NCBI RefSeq assembly: GCF_009914755.1
Contig: NC_060938.1
Strand: one strand, 5' to 3'
DNA length: 64,000 nt
From: the human T2T-CHM13v2.0 reference genome, Homo sapiens
Positions within the stretch are counted from its first letter, which is position 1. Each line of letters opens with the position of its first letter. Of this stretch, positions 1 through 10,630 are shown in pieces. The position numbers and the translations under genes were made by a program. The notes beneath the pieces are model-generated. The model saw only the letters and a program-made list of their open reading frames with translations. It was not told where the DNA came from and did no database searches.

Positions 1-1620
1 CCAACTGCATTCCTAACTACTTCTAATAATACTTCTATGGCCTGGAAATTGGCTTATTTTCTAAATTTGGGGAGTATCAGAACAGAACTGCAGAAATCTT
101 GTTTTACTACACTTTGAATTCTTTAAAGCAAGGCTCAAGAGAAACTTATTGAATAATTCAACAACATAATTCCTAAAGGACTACACACTGATTCCAGTGA
201 AAGAGCCTCATTTGATAAAAGAACCCTAACTATAACAGCTGAGATTGAGGAGAATTAGAAGGTTGGGATGGGAGATAATTATTGAATGTTAATTAATCCA
301 CAAAGGTGAGATATTTCGAGTCTGGACTTTGGGATTTTAAATTTCATCCTTAATTTGCCAAAAAAATTATATTCAATTTATCATAGACAATTTTACAATA
401 GATGGGATTTTTATATTCAAATTTGAGACATTTCTAGAATGGTAGTATTTTGTTGTTGGAATCTTGATATTGCCATTTGATCTTACTGCAAAACCCCTGC
501 TAGGCCCTATTGGACAAAGCAGTTGAATGTCATTTAGCATGGGAAATACCACAGGCCATGAAATTTTAGCCCTGAATATGGAAGGGATATATTACAGAGG
601 GTGTCTGATTAACCTTTGCTCTAACATAATTTCTTCAGTGATAAGATAACAGTCTTCCACAACACTTACTCTGCCTGTCTGAATCTTCACATTTTCTCTA
701 TACTTGGATCTCTGCTAGCTGACTGTTCTGTTGTTACTTGAGGAGACATTCTGATTTTGGATTCAGCATAAAATTCTGACTAATGGCCCTTTTATCCAAC
801 TATGTGCAACTCCTGGCATTAGACTTACCTTAATATGGTCATCTCAAAGTACTTATCCAGGTATTTACTCAATTATTTAATTACATGATATAGCTTTTTA
901 CTTTCGTATACCTCTGTGCTAAACTTTTCCTTGTCTTCCTTGATATATCCCAATGCCATCCAAGACCTAGTCCTGACACTGATTATTCAGTTGTTCTGCC
1001 TGGGCCTGAGCTTTTTAGTGTGACTCAAGTCACAGCTTCATGTTTGTGTTTATATCCAACCTGAACTTCTTGAAGAAGGTAGTTTGACATGGATTATAAA
1101 AATAATGTTTGTTATCAGAGTACATGGAATAGAAAGTTGACAATAAAAGTAAGTCCATTATCTCAGCAAAGCAATATTTTGTCCCATTAGTGGTGAGATA
1201 GAAAATTTTTAAAATTATGGAATTTTAAGATCAATTTATCTCAACATTTTACATATATAATAGAATAATTGTTCTATATGTAATAGGATACTAGAGCTAT
1301 CAAAGGTTTCTTCCCTCCTTTTCCTTCTGTCTCTTTTTGCAGAGCTGGGATACAGACTCATTCACCTGGCTCCAGAACCTGAGGCTAAAACTCCTGGGAA
1401 TCACTACCTCTGACAACATTGTGCTTTAGATCCCATGAGCTGTCTCTTCCTTTCATATATTTTATGAATTTATTTCCAAGGATGGGAGGCTGACTTCCTT
1501 GAACCAAATGAAGATAGTAAATACTGTCCAAATAGCAGATGACAGGTGTCATGAAGCTCAACTCTTAAAAACATTGTATTTTTTACTTTGGATCCCACAC
1601 TAGTTAGATGATACTTCAGA
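1..1620 (+). mobile_element. Possible highly degenerate ERV internal sequence (env-like), tentative
   Basis: Only weak motif-like traces on +: LCATPG (~799), ASC/CVYI resembling the end of the TM CX6CC motif (~1035-1056), and DSFTWL followed by a T-rich hydrophobic-coding stretch (~1355-1470). No intact ORF. Confidence 0.25.
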
Positions 1621-1622
1621 TT

Positions 1623-1782
1623 TACCCATAGACTGGGTAGCTTGAACAAAATACATTTATTTCTCAAAGTTCTGGAGACTGAGAAGTCCAAGATCAAGGT
1701 GCTAGCAGATTCAGTTCCTGGTAAGGGCCCTCTTCCTGGCTTGCAGATGGGCACCTTCTCACTGTATCCTCATATGGTGGAG

Positions 1783-1829
<47 letters not shown>

Positions 1830-2017
1830 AGAGAGAGAGCGAGAGCATGAGCTCTCTGGTCTCGTCTTATAAAGGCACTAATTCCATCATGAGGACCTCA
1901 CCCCCATGCCCTCATCTAAACCCAATCACCTCCCAAAGGCCCTATCTCTAATGCCATCACATTGAGGGTTAGGGCTTCAATATATGATTTTGGGGGGACA
2001 CAATTCAGTCCACAGCA
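1623..2017 (-). mobile_element. MaLR LTR, MLT1A/MLT1A0 type, missing its 3' tip
   Basis: Reverse complement starts TGCTGTGGACTGAATTGTGTCCCCCCAAAATCATATATTGAAGCCCTAACC. Contains the MLT1 motif AAGTCCAAGATCAAGGTGCTAGCAGATTCAGTT. Confidence 0.85.
1785..1845. repeat. Compound microsatellite (AC)21(GA)n inside the MLT1A LTR
   Basis: Read directly from the sequence. Confidence 0.97.
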
Positions 2018-2141
2018 CTCCCCAATTATCAACATCTTGCAACAGAGTGATATATTTGCTAACAATCAGTGAACCTACATTGACACATCATTATCAAATA
2101 CGTTTTCAAACAATATAATTAAAAATGTTGAATTTTATCTA
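2000..2141 (+). repeat. Left arm (source) of a ~142-bp inverted repeat; partner at 3444-3586
   Basis: Manual alignment to the reverse complement of 3444-3586 gives 8 substitutions and 1 indel. The arm spans the MLT1A end, an L1MC-type fragment and the start of an older L1M. Confidence 0.95.
2018..2098 (-). mobile_element. L1MC/L1MD-type 3' UTR fragment
   Basis: Reverse complement GATAATGATGTGTCAATGTAGGTTCA...TTGTTAGCAAAT...GATGTTGATAAT matches the L1MC 3' region. Confidence 0.7.
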
Positions 2142-2328
2142 TTATTTTTTTCCTGCATCTATTAACATGATGGCATAACCTTTCTCCTTTAATTGTCTGA
2201 TGTGGAGATAGCATTAGTTTATTTTCTAATGTTAAATCAATCTTGCATTTCAGTGATAAGTTGGTTCTGCTATACTATCCATGGTAAAATTTTTTATGTT
2301 CGTTTTGAAAAATTTTGTTTAGAACTTT

Positions 2329-2382
<54 letters not shown>

Positions 2383-3340
2383 AATTAGAAAGAACTGAAC
2401 GTTTCTTTTTCAGTTTTGTCCTTTATAGATTCATTATAAAGATTATGCTAGCTTCACACAGTAAAAAGAGCAGCGTTCTGTCATTTTAAAATCTCTGGAG
2501 GAGCTTTTGTAAGTTAGAAATTACTTGTTCTTAAATGTTTGACAGGAAAGTTTGGGGGAAGGTTGCCTATGGAGTAATAGAAAGACTGTAGTTTTTTCTT
2601 TTCTTTCTTCTTTAAACAGTTTAGTAACTTATATCTTTGTAGAAATGACGGTTTTATCTAAGATTTTAAATACATCGCTTAAGTTATTTATAATATACTT
2701 TTATCTCTTTTAACAGTAGCAGCATCTGTAGTTAGCTCATCTTTCTGAATTCCTTATACTGGTTATCTATGTCTTCTCTTTCCATTGGTGATTACTAATT
2801 TTCCATTTTAGGACTTTCAAAAAACTGAGTTTTGGCTTTATTTATTCTTTTATTATATGTTTATTTTATTATTTATTTTCTTCTTTTCTGAAGTGTTTAG
2901 GGTACTGTTTTTTTCTAAATTCTTGATATAGATACTAAAATCACTGATTTTTAATTTTTCTTATTTTTCGGTTCATGCATGCAATTGTGTCTATAAATTT
3001 CCTTCTAAGTAGAGTTTTAACTGTATCTGAAAATTTTCAGTATTGCAGAATTTTGTTGTTATTCAAAATATGTTTTATTTTCAATTATGGTTTCTTTGAG
3101 CCATTAGCCATTTAATGGTTTCTTAGTGTTAAATATATTTAGTTTTTCTAGTTTTCTGTTTGCTTTGATTTGAGTTGCATTGAAGCTAGAGGACACACTG
3201 TGTTTGACTTCAGTCCTTTGAAATTTATTAAGATTTGTTTTGTGGCCTTACTATATGGACAAATTTTGAATATATACAAAGTTTTATATATATAATATAT
3301 ATTATATACATATCGACAATTGAAGAATACACGTTTTTTC
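2100..3340 (-). mobile_element. Old, diverged L1M ORF2 remnant
   Basis: T-rich antisense L1 motifs, e.g. TTCCTGCATCTATT, ATTTTCTAATGTTAAATCAATCTTGCATT, CTATAAATTTCCTTCTAAGTA, TTTGAAATTTATTAAGATTTGTTTTGTGGCCT. Confidence 0.75.
2329..2378. repeat. (TG)n(TA)n microsatellite
   Basis: Read directly from the sequence. Confidence 0.97.
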
Positions 3341-4700
3341 ATCTTTATCTAGGAAATATGAATTCAAGGGTTGATTGGAATTTTACTGCAGTGTTTGTGG
3401 TTAATAGTGCCTGATAAGGTCCTGTCCATTAAACTTTTATTTTTAGATAAAAGTCAACATTTTTTAATTATATTGTTTGAAAACATATTTGATAATGATG
3501 TGTCAATGTAGGTTCATTGATTGTTAGCAAATGTATCACTCTGTTGCAGGATGTTGGTAATCGGGGAGTGCTGGGGACTGAATTGTATAAGAGCAGTCTT
3601 ACAGTGATGTCATTTCCCTGAAACCAGGTTTCCAGGCTGTAGGTCATTCAGGGGTTCCTGTGGTTTATATTTGTGAGAACTCATTTTGACTTATTGGTGG
3701 TAATCTTGAGTATATACATTAAATCTTTGTGATATTAAGCCATATGAATCTGTAAAAGAGCAAAGGTCTGTCAAATTGGAGTTTATATTAAGATGCTTTG
3801 TGTTTCCTTTCTGGTAATGCTCTTTTCAAGTGAAGAGAATTAGTTCTGTAAGGTTCTCAGAGAGTAAAATAGAAGATCATCAACATACTCTATAAGAGTG
3901 GATTACTGAGACGTGAATGTCTCTAAGTTTATAATTATTTGCAAGGAGTAAGAGAGTACTTCTGTAAATCCTGGGGTATAACTATTCAAGTATATCATTG
4001 ATTTTCCCAAGCGAATTGCAAATAGATACAGTAAGTCTGGGTATAAGTGTACACTAAAGAGTGCTGAGAATTGAGCTAACACTAGAGAGTAAATAGCTAT
4101 GTCAGTGGTCGAGGAGAAAATGATATTGGGGTTAGGGAACACAGGAAGCAAGAAGCACAGCTTTTAATGGCCTTTAAAACTTGCACACAACAGAAGTTGC
4201 ACCTATTTGTCTTTTCAATGAACAGAACAGAGTTAATACTAGGGCTAATACAGAGACTAATGAGTTGTCTCAGAAGGTACCAGATAGAATAGATGGCATT
4301 TCTCCCTTAGTGAGTATTGGGCTAATTTTACCATGGACTCAGCCAGATCAATTGAGGCTATTATAGGTTTAGCATCGTTTATGTGCCCTACATCTGAACT
4401 GTTTTTAGCCCAGAAGCTTGCGAACAGATTCAGAGCTTAAGGTATCAATAGAGTAGGTATCAGGTAATAATATCTGTGCTATCATCAAACCACAGACTGG
4501 GGATTTTATTTAGAAAGTGGCTGTCTGATTCAACCTTAATGGAGGCACCTCATTTTAAAAATAGGTTTTGTACCAGCAGATTCACCAGAGTGAAATTTCT
4601 AGGTAGAGAAGCTTAGTGACTAGTGCAGTGTCCCAGAGTGATAGGAAGTAGTTGAGAAAAAGGCAAAGTTTGAAGGGTATTTAAGATTCTTACCTTGGAA
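3340..4700 (-). pseudogene. pol: ERV pro-pol remnant (protease end, RT to YVDD, integrase C-terminal GPY module), with deletions, stops and frameshifts
   Basis: ORF 3903..4151 (PVFPNPNIIFSS..FSALFSV..YLFA..PGFTEVLSY) matches retroviral RT motifs PVVPNP/AFFSIP/PQGF. STLIEYVDDLL follows directly, and WTGPYQALLTTNTAVK lies at 3428-3381. Confidence 0.9.
3444..3586 (-). repeat. Right arm of the inverted repeat: copy of 2000-2141 inserted into the ERV integrase
   Basis: On the minus strand it is preceded by KTAL codons (3600-3589) and followed by AAAAATAAAA and then the WTGPY codons. Confidence 0.95.
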
Positions 4701-4749
4701 AACTTTTTGTGACTCTAAGGAAGGCATAATAAAAAGGTCATAGGGTTAA

Positions 4750-6218
4750 CAGCAAATGGAAGATAGTGTTTTTGCCAGTCACATGGACATTTATTTATTT
4801 TTTTGGTGGTAAGGGCAATTTTGGGCAAAATGAAAATATTATGTCCTTGGAGGATGTTATTTTGTTACACAAATTTGTCCTTTCTTTTTTGGTATTCTAT
4901 CTTTTGAATTAAGGCAGGGCTAATGTTCTTTCAGTGTCCCATTTTCTTATAATTTGAACAGATGTCTTTGTCTAGATTCGGCATGGAGGTGTCCTTTTTG
5001 CTTAATCCGATTAAGTATTATTTGGTCTTTAATTTTTCTGTTTCTCAAGTCAAGGTATCTTCAGAGTTGTTTGCCAGCTCTTGTAATTCAGACAGATCAT
5101 CGTATCATCTGTTTATAGGAGGCAGATAGGAGACTATTTTATCTTCTGCTTCCTAACTAAATCTGCCACCTCAGTTTTAAGAGTGTTAACAAAAAGATGC
5201 CTAGGACAGATATAATGTTCTCTGATTGAGGTTGGTATAGTCTCTAAAGGTGGTAATGCCATGGTCTCTAAGATCAGGGATTAATTTTATTTTTTCCTTT
5301 TTATAAGACTAAAGATTTTGCCAATTAGTTTGGATTGAAAAGATATCAGGGGTAGTTGCTAAGAGATATTATACTATTTTATATCCATTTTGTTATTCAT
5401 TTCTGTTCAAACTTTGACACATATTTGATAAAATTTTGTAATCAAGTTACTCTGCTTTTTTTTTCAAAAGAGATTTTGGTAGCTCTGGGTCTCAAAGGGA
5501 GATACGTTAACTGGGGAGGGCGAGAGAGTCCTAGACTATACGACCCAAGGACAATTCCCAGTTCTTTACTGAATTCTTATTTTTCAGTGTGAGACAAGAG
5601 TAGATCTTATAGTTCTGACCTAGACCAATATTTGAAGCTACATTTCCAGTGGAGCTGGGATGATATTCTTTCCCACTTATCTTGGAAGACATTGTGAGGC
5701 ATTATGGACCAGTGAGATGGTTATGTTTAAAAAGAATAGGGGAGAGAGGAAAAGGTCCAGGGAAGGTGCAGAAAGAGGAACAGACCAAGTGGGGGGAGGA
5801 AACAAATATACAGGTGGACCTGTAGGAGGGAGGAAAACCCTGAGTTGGGTCAAGAGAAAGAGATGAGAGGTAAAGCTTGGATTGCAGATGCTCAAAGTTT
5901 TATTAGCCTTTTTTAAAGGCTCCTTAAAAGGAGAAATTTAAACTTTTTCGGTCTTTTAGAAGCTTCTTCATATGGATCTTAAAAATTCTGACAATTGGAT
6001 ATTTGAAGTCTTTGAGCCCTTTGATTCCAAGGCACCGCATAGTGGATTATCATATTCATATTTCAAATTCTCCAGTGTGGTCACTGAAGTTCTACATTGC
6101 CTTTGGCAAAATTCTGTCATAGCTTCAAATATTTGGTGGCTTTGGTCTCATGACATGAATACATGATTCAAACTGGACAATGACCCAGAGAGTCACTGAC
6201 TGACTAGAAACTGCCCGT
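4750..6218 (-). pseudogene. gag: ERV gag remnant
   Basis: Minus-strand translation MYSCHETKATKYLKL*QNFAKGNVELQ*PHWRI*N.../LCGALESKG resembles the class I ERV matrix motif (L-x-W-P-x-W-G-x-F). A Pro-rich stretch follows (~5850-5730). It lies upstream of pro-pol in the expected order. Confidence 0.7.
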
Positions 6219-6512
6219 TTTCAAATGATAAGAATAAACAAGAGACAAACATTCAGTCTCCGAGAATCTCCGCGCTAGTCATTCATCTCATTCATGAGAA
6301 CTCTGAATAGTGAAACAAATCAAATAAAGGCTTTTATCAAGGACAAATTAAGGATAAAAGATTAGGAGTTATCCATGTTAGAGAGTGAAGCCCATGCAGG
6401 AGCAGGGCAGGCTCATATATTCAGTTGTTGGGACTCAGAGGAGCAGAGACATAAATGGAGGCAAACATGTATGTTCAGTATGCATTGTGTCACTGGAGGT
6501 TCATTACTTTTT

Positions 6513-6778
6513 CCAGTACTCGGAACTTTTCTACTATGGATACCCATTAGAATAACCGGAAGCTCTTTAAAAATATCAGTGCCAAGCACCACCCCAATCC
6601 TAGGGTGATTAATTTAGAATCAATATATATTTTTTAAAATTTTTTAATTGAGAAATAATAATTGTGTATATTTATGGGGTACATAGTGATATTTTGATAC
6701 ATATAATATATAGTTATCAGATATAATTTATATTGTTTAAAGCTCTCTAAGTGATTATAATATGTATCAGAACCTCTG
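6513..6778. mobile_element. MER5A-like hAT-Charlie element, split by an L1 tip
   Basis: CATTAGAATAACCGGAAGCTCTTTAAAAATATCAGTGCC...CCACCCC and TTTAAAGCTCTCTAAGTGATTATAATATGTA match the two MER5A halves. Confidence 0.6.
6626..6722 (-). mobile_element. L1MA-type extreme 3' end (~100 bp)
   Basis: TTTTTAATTGAGAAATAATAATTGTGTATATTTATGGGGTACATAGTGATATTTTGATACAT is the antisense L1MA terminus. Confidence 0.8.
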
Positions 6779-7364
6779 CAATTCACTAAGCTGCTGCAAG
6801 AATTCAAACAATTCTCTTCCTAAATAGGAAAAGCCTGATTTGGGTTTTATATAAAAAAATCTTATCTTGGTTTTCATGTTTTAATATGTCAGTTGCTTGA
6901 CAAGTGATTTATCTTTGTGTAGTTCACTTAAGGAGTTTGTGAAAACAATGTGTATGACTCTGAGAAAAAGGTAAGAATAAGAGTTTGGTGCTGACTTCTC
7001 TTTGAATGTTTGAACCATTCAGTGCTAGAGTAACTTAGCAAGATCATGGAAGCACACATTGTTATTCAACACTTCCCCGTCTTATGTGAAAAATCTATAT
7101 TCAAGATCAGAATGTGGTTTAATCTGTTCAATTATTTGCTTTGTAACTCTGGGATGGAGTATCTCTAGATATTTATTTCTTCTGCTGATTGTGATTACAT
7201 CAGGATAGTGTTAGTAGCTTTTTATTAATAAGCTAGTCTGTCAATTACATTATTCTTTGACTTTTTTTGCAAAACACTGTTAAATATTGACGAGTTTTAA
7301 TTTTCATAACAACCATAGATGCAGAAAAGCAAGAATAATGGAAATAAGTATTTGCATTATTTCT

Positions 7365-7450
7365 ATTTCTTCCCTCCCTTCTTTTCTTTCTTCTATTCTT
7401 CCCTTCCTTTCTTCCTCCCTTCCTCTATTGTTCTTTCTTTTCTTTTCTTT
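7365..7450. repeat. CT-rich low-complexity tract
   Basis: TTCC/TTCT repeats read directly. Confidence 0.9.
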
Positions 7451-7505
7451 CAACTTGTAACTGAATTCTGGCCGATAGGATGTGGACATGGGTTGTATGC
7501 CCTGC

Positions 7506-7618
7506 TGTGATGGTTAGTTTCATGTGTCAATTTAGCTAGGCTAAAGTACTCAATATTAAACAAACACTAATCTAGGTATTGCTGTGAAGATATTTTGTAG
7601 ATGTGGTTGACATCTGCA
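7506..7618 (+). mobile_element. MLT2-family (ERVL) LTR, 5' fragment only
   Basis: TGTGATGGTTAGTTTCATGTGTCAATTTAGCTAGGCTAA...CAAACACTAATCTAGGTATTGCTGTGAAGATATTTTGTAGATGTG. Confidence 0.85.
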
Positions 7619-7669
7619 CACTAGCCTGGGCAACAGAGTTAGACTCTGTCTCAAAAAAAAAAAAAAAAA
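7614..7669 (+). mobile_element. Alu 3' tip with poly(A)
   Basis: CTGCACACTAGCCTGGGCAACAGAGTTAGACTCTGTCTC followed by A17. Confidence 0.9.
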
Positions 7670-7961
<292 letters not shown>

Positions 7962-8227
7962 GTCTTTATTAAAATTATTTTGTTTATTTTATTTAAATTA
8001 CTGCTCGATTTACAGAGACAGATTATCCCTTTCATTATGGGGATTTGGGCAACTTTTTCCATGTCACAATATTGAGTTATTTTGTAATAGATTTATATAC
8101 ATTTTTAAGGAATAAAAAGATTTTGAGATTTTTGTGACAGAAAATTATGAGTAATGATTTATGAGAAATGTTGACTAGAGAAATAACAAAAATTAAATCC
8201 ATTATTTGCCTTTTAAAGAAATGTATA

Positions 8228-8495
8228 TAACATATTTTTACTGTTATCTTTTCTATGTTTAGATATGTAAATACTTATACCATTCTGTTACCATTGCCTA
8301 CAGTATTCAGTAAAATAACACGCTGAATAGGTTTGTAGCCTAGGAGCAAAAGGCTGTGCCATAGAGCATAGGTGTGTACTAGGCTATAGTATCTAGGTTT
8401 GCATATATATACTCTTACGATGTTCACACAGGGACAAAATTGCCTAACAATGCATTTCTCAGACCATATTCCTGTCGTTAAGCCATACATGACTC
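8228..8495 (+). mobile_element. Tigger3a/MER7A-type DNA transposon, 3' part
   Basis: CCATTGCCTACAGTATTCAGTA...GGTTTGTAGCCTAGGAGCAA...CATTTCTCAGACCATATTCCTGTCGTTAAGCCATACATGACT. Homologous to 18816-19152. Confidence 0.88.
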
Positions 8496-8539
8496 TGTGT
8501 AAGCATTCTTCTTCGATGATTATTTCAGTTATTCCTATA

Positions 8540-10280
8540 TTTTTGTTGTTTGTTATTATGGGAAATCTATGAAAATTCTTGAATGTATTCTGGTTCCTCA
8601 GTTAAGACATTTTCTCAGGTATATACTAGAGAGAAGGTGTTGCTGGATATAGAATATACGCATATTCACATAGTGTATAAATGTTTTTGTTGATTCTAAT
8701 CTTTACATCTTTAGTAACACATGGATTTGTCACATTTGTTAGTTTTTGAAAATTTGCTGGTATAAAATGTTATCTTCATTGGTTGTAATTTTCATTTACT
8801 GGTTGCAAAGTATGTTGGGAACTTTTAATATAGTTATTGATCATTTATGTTTTATCTCCTATTAATTACCCATTCATGTCTTCTGCCAATTTTTATATTT
8901 GGCCATTTATCTTTTTCTTATTGACTTTTAGAAAGCTTCTTTTTATCTTCTACTTAGATTTAGGGATATTTTATTTCCTTACTGTGTCTTTTGGTGAACA
9001 TTACTTCTGAATTTTGATGCAGTAAAATTTAGTGAGCATATATGTATTAATGTAGTTCATGCCTTATTTTAAAAATATTTTTCTCTTGTGAGTTCGTAGA
9101 CAAAATTTCTTGACATTATCTAATGAAACTTTTAAAATTTGTCTTTCATATTTAAATATTCAGTCTATCCAGAATCACTTTTGCTATATGATATAATCAA
9201 TTTTGTCTCTTTCCCTCTATGGTTTACCACTGTCCTAGTATTATTTATTAAAAATAATCACATTTTTCCATAGATCGGGGTTAGAGGTTCAACTGTGTCT
9301 CCCCTTCAATTCATATGTTACAGACCTAACCCCCAGCACCTCTGAATGTAACCTTATTTGGAAATAGAATCATTACAGATGAACTTAGTTAAGATGAGGT
9401 CATGCTGGCATAGGGGGTAACCTTAATGGAATATGACTGTGTCATTATACTAAAGGAAAGTTGGATACAGATAGACATACTGCGAAAACACCAAGCAGTA
9501 GTAAAAACAATACCTCTACAAGCCAAGAAATGCTATATGTTACCACCAGAACCTAGGTAAAAGGCATGGAACAGATTCTGTCTCACAGCCTTCAGAAGTA
9601 ACCAACCTTGTTCACAAAATTCTAGCTTCCAGAACTGAGACAGTAAATGTCTTTGTTTAAGCCACCTGGTTAGTGGTACTTGGTTACTGCAGCCCTAGAA
9701 AACTGATACAATCTGAAATGCCATTTCTGTCATAACAAAGTTCCTATAATTGTAGGAGAGCTTTTTTGTCCTTCTATGTATATTTCCTTGTATCTCAATG
9801 GTCAAAGCAACTGTTATGATTAAGCCTGACATCAGTGAGTGGAAAAATATATTCTGCCGAAGAAGGAAGAGTATAGGGAATAAATATTTGCTGGTCAATA
9901 GTTCCAATTATCGCAGAGAACTTTTTCATTCTTTCTATAACTGATTTTTTTTAGGATATGCCATAATTTATTCATGGGCATATGGGTTGTTTGCATTCAT
10001 TTATTAATATAATCACAAGATAATAAATACTCTTGTACATACATCATTTTTCACATATCCAAGCATACCTGTAGGGGGTATTCTTGGATGAGGTGATGGG
10101 TGAAAATTGTATGCCTTTGTAATTTTGATACCTATTGCCAAATTATTCTACATTGAAGAGCTAGCAATTGTACTCCCATAAGCAATGAACAGAGAATAGC
10201 TATTTCCCCCAAAATCTGTACTATACAACTTTTAAAATTTTGCCTGTCAGTTATTTGAATAATAGAATCTCAGAGCGATT
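8540..10280 (-). mobile_element. Old L1ME-type fragments, interrupted by MLT1C
   Basis: Diverged antisense L1 motifs (GGTATAAAATGTTATCTTCATTGGTTGTAATTTTCATTT, TGCCAATTTTTATATTTGG, TTGATACCTATTGCCAAATT). Confidence 0.6.
9278..9710 (+). mobile_element. MaLR LTR, MLT1C-like
   Basis: CCTAACCCCCAGCACCTCTGAATGTAACCTTATTTGGAAATAG...CTACAAGCCAAGAAATGC...GCAGCCCTAGAAAACTGATACA. Confidence 0.85.
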
Positions 10281-10444
10281 GTTGTTTCTTTCTTCACTTG
10301 TGTTTCTGCTTTATTCTTGGCCTCTTTACCTCTCTCCCTTTTAAGACCTTTTCATGATTAAAAATATTAATTTTCTGAAGTTATGTTTGTTTCCATCATA
10401 TTTCTACACGTGGAATCTTAGTTTATTTTAATAAGTCAAAGCAT

Positions 10445-10630
10445 GAATAAAGTATGTAGTCTAGCTAATAGTAATGCCCAAAGTTGATTCCTTAGTTGTG
10501 ACAAATGTATTCTAGTAGTGTAAGACGTTAGCAGTAGGAGAAATTGGGTAAGGAATATTTGGGAACTTTGTACTATCTTGGCAACTTTTCTGTTAATCTA
10601 AGACTATTCTACAATTAAAACTTTGTTTAC
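10445..10630 (+). mobile_element. L1MC-type 3' end
   Basis: TTAGTTGTGACAAATGTA...GGGAACTTTGTACTATCTTGGCAACTTTTCTGTTAATCTAAGACTATTCTACAATTAAAA. Confidence 0.75.

Larger units (their letters stand above)
3340..6500 (-). mobile_element. Class I (gamma/epsilon-like, MER4/MER34-group-like) endogenous retrovirus internal region, gag-pro-pol remnant with no recognisable LTR
   Basis: Ordered minus-strand motifs: gag N-terminus (~6218-6020), protease C-terminus LVNLLVQNL (~4590), RT FWAKNSSDVG..QYSL (~4415-4300), YVDD (3887-3876), and integrase LQPG..KTAL / WTGPYQALLTT (~3640-3350). Confidence 0.9.

Noticed and set aside
1470-1872. Overlapping ORFs of 94 and 76 aa
   Set aside because: Derived from an MLT1A LTR and an (AC)n(GA)n microsatellite.
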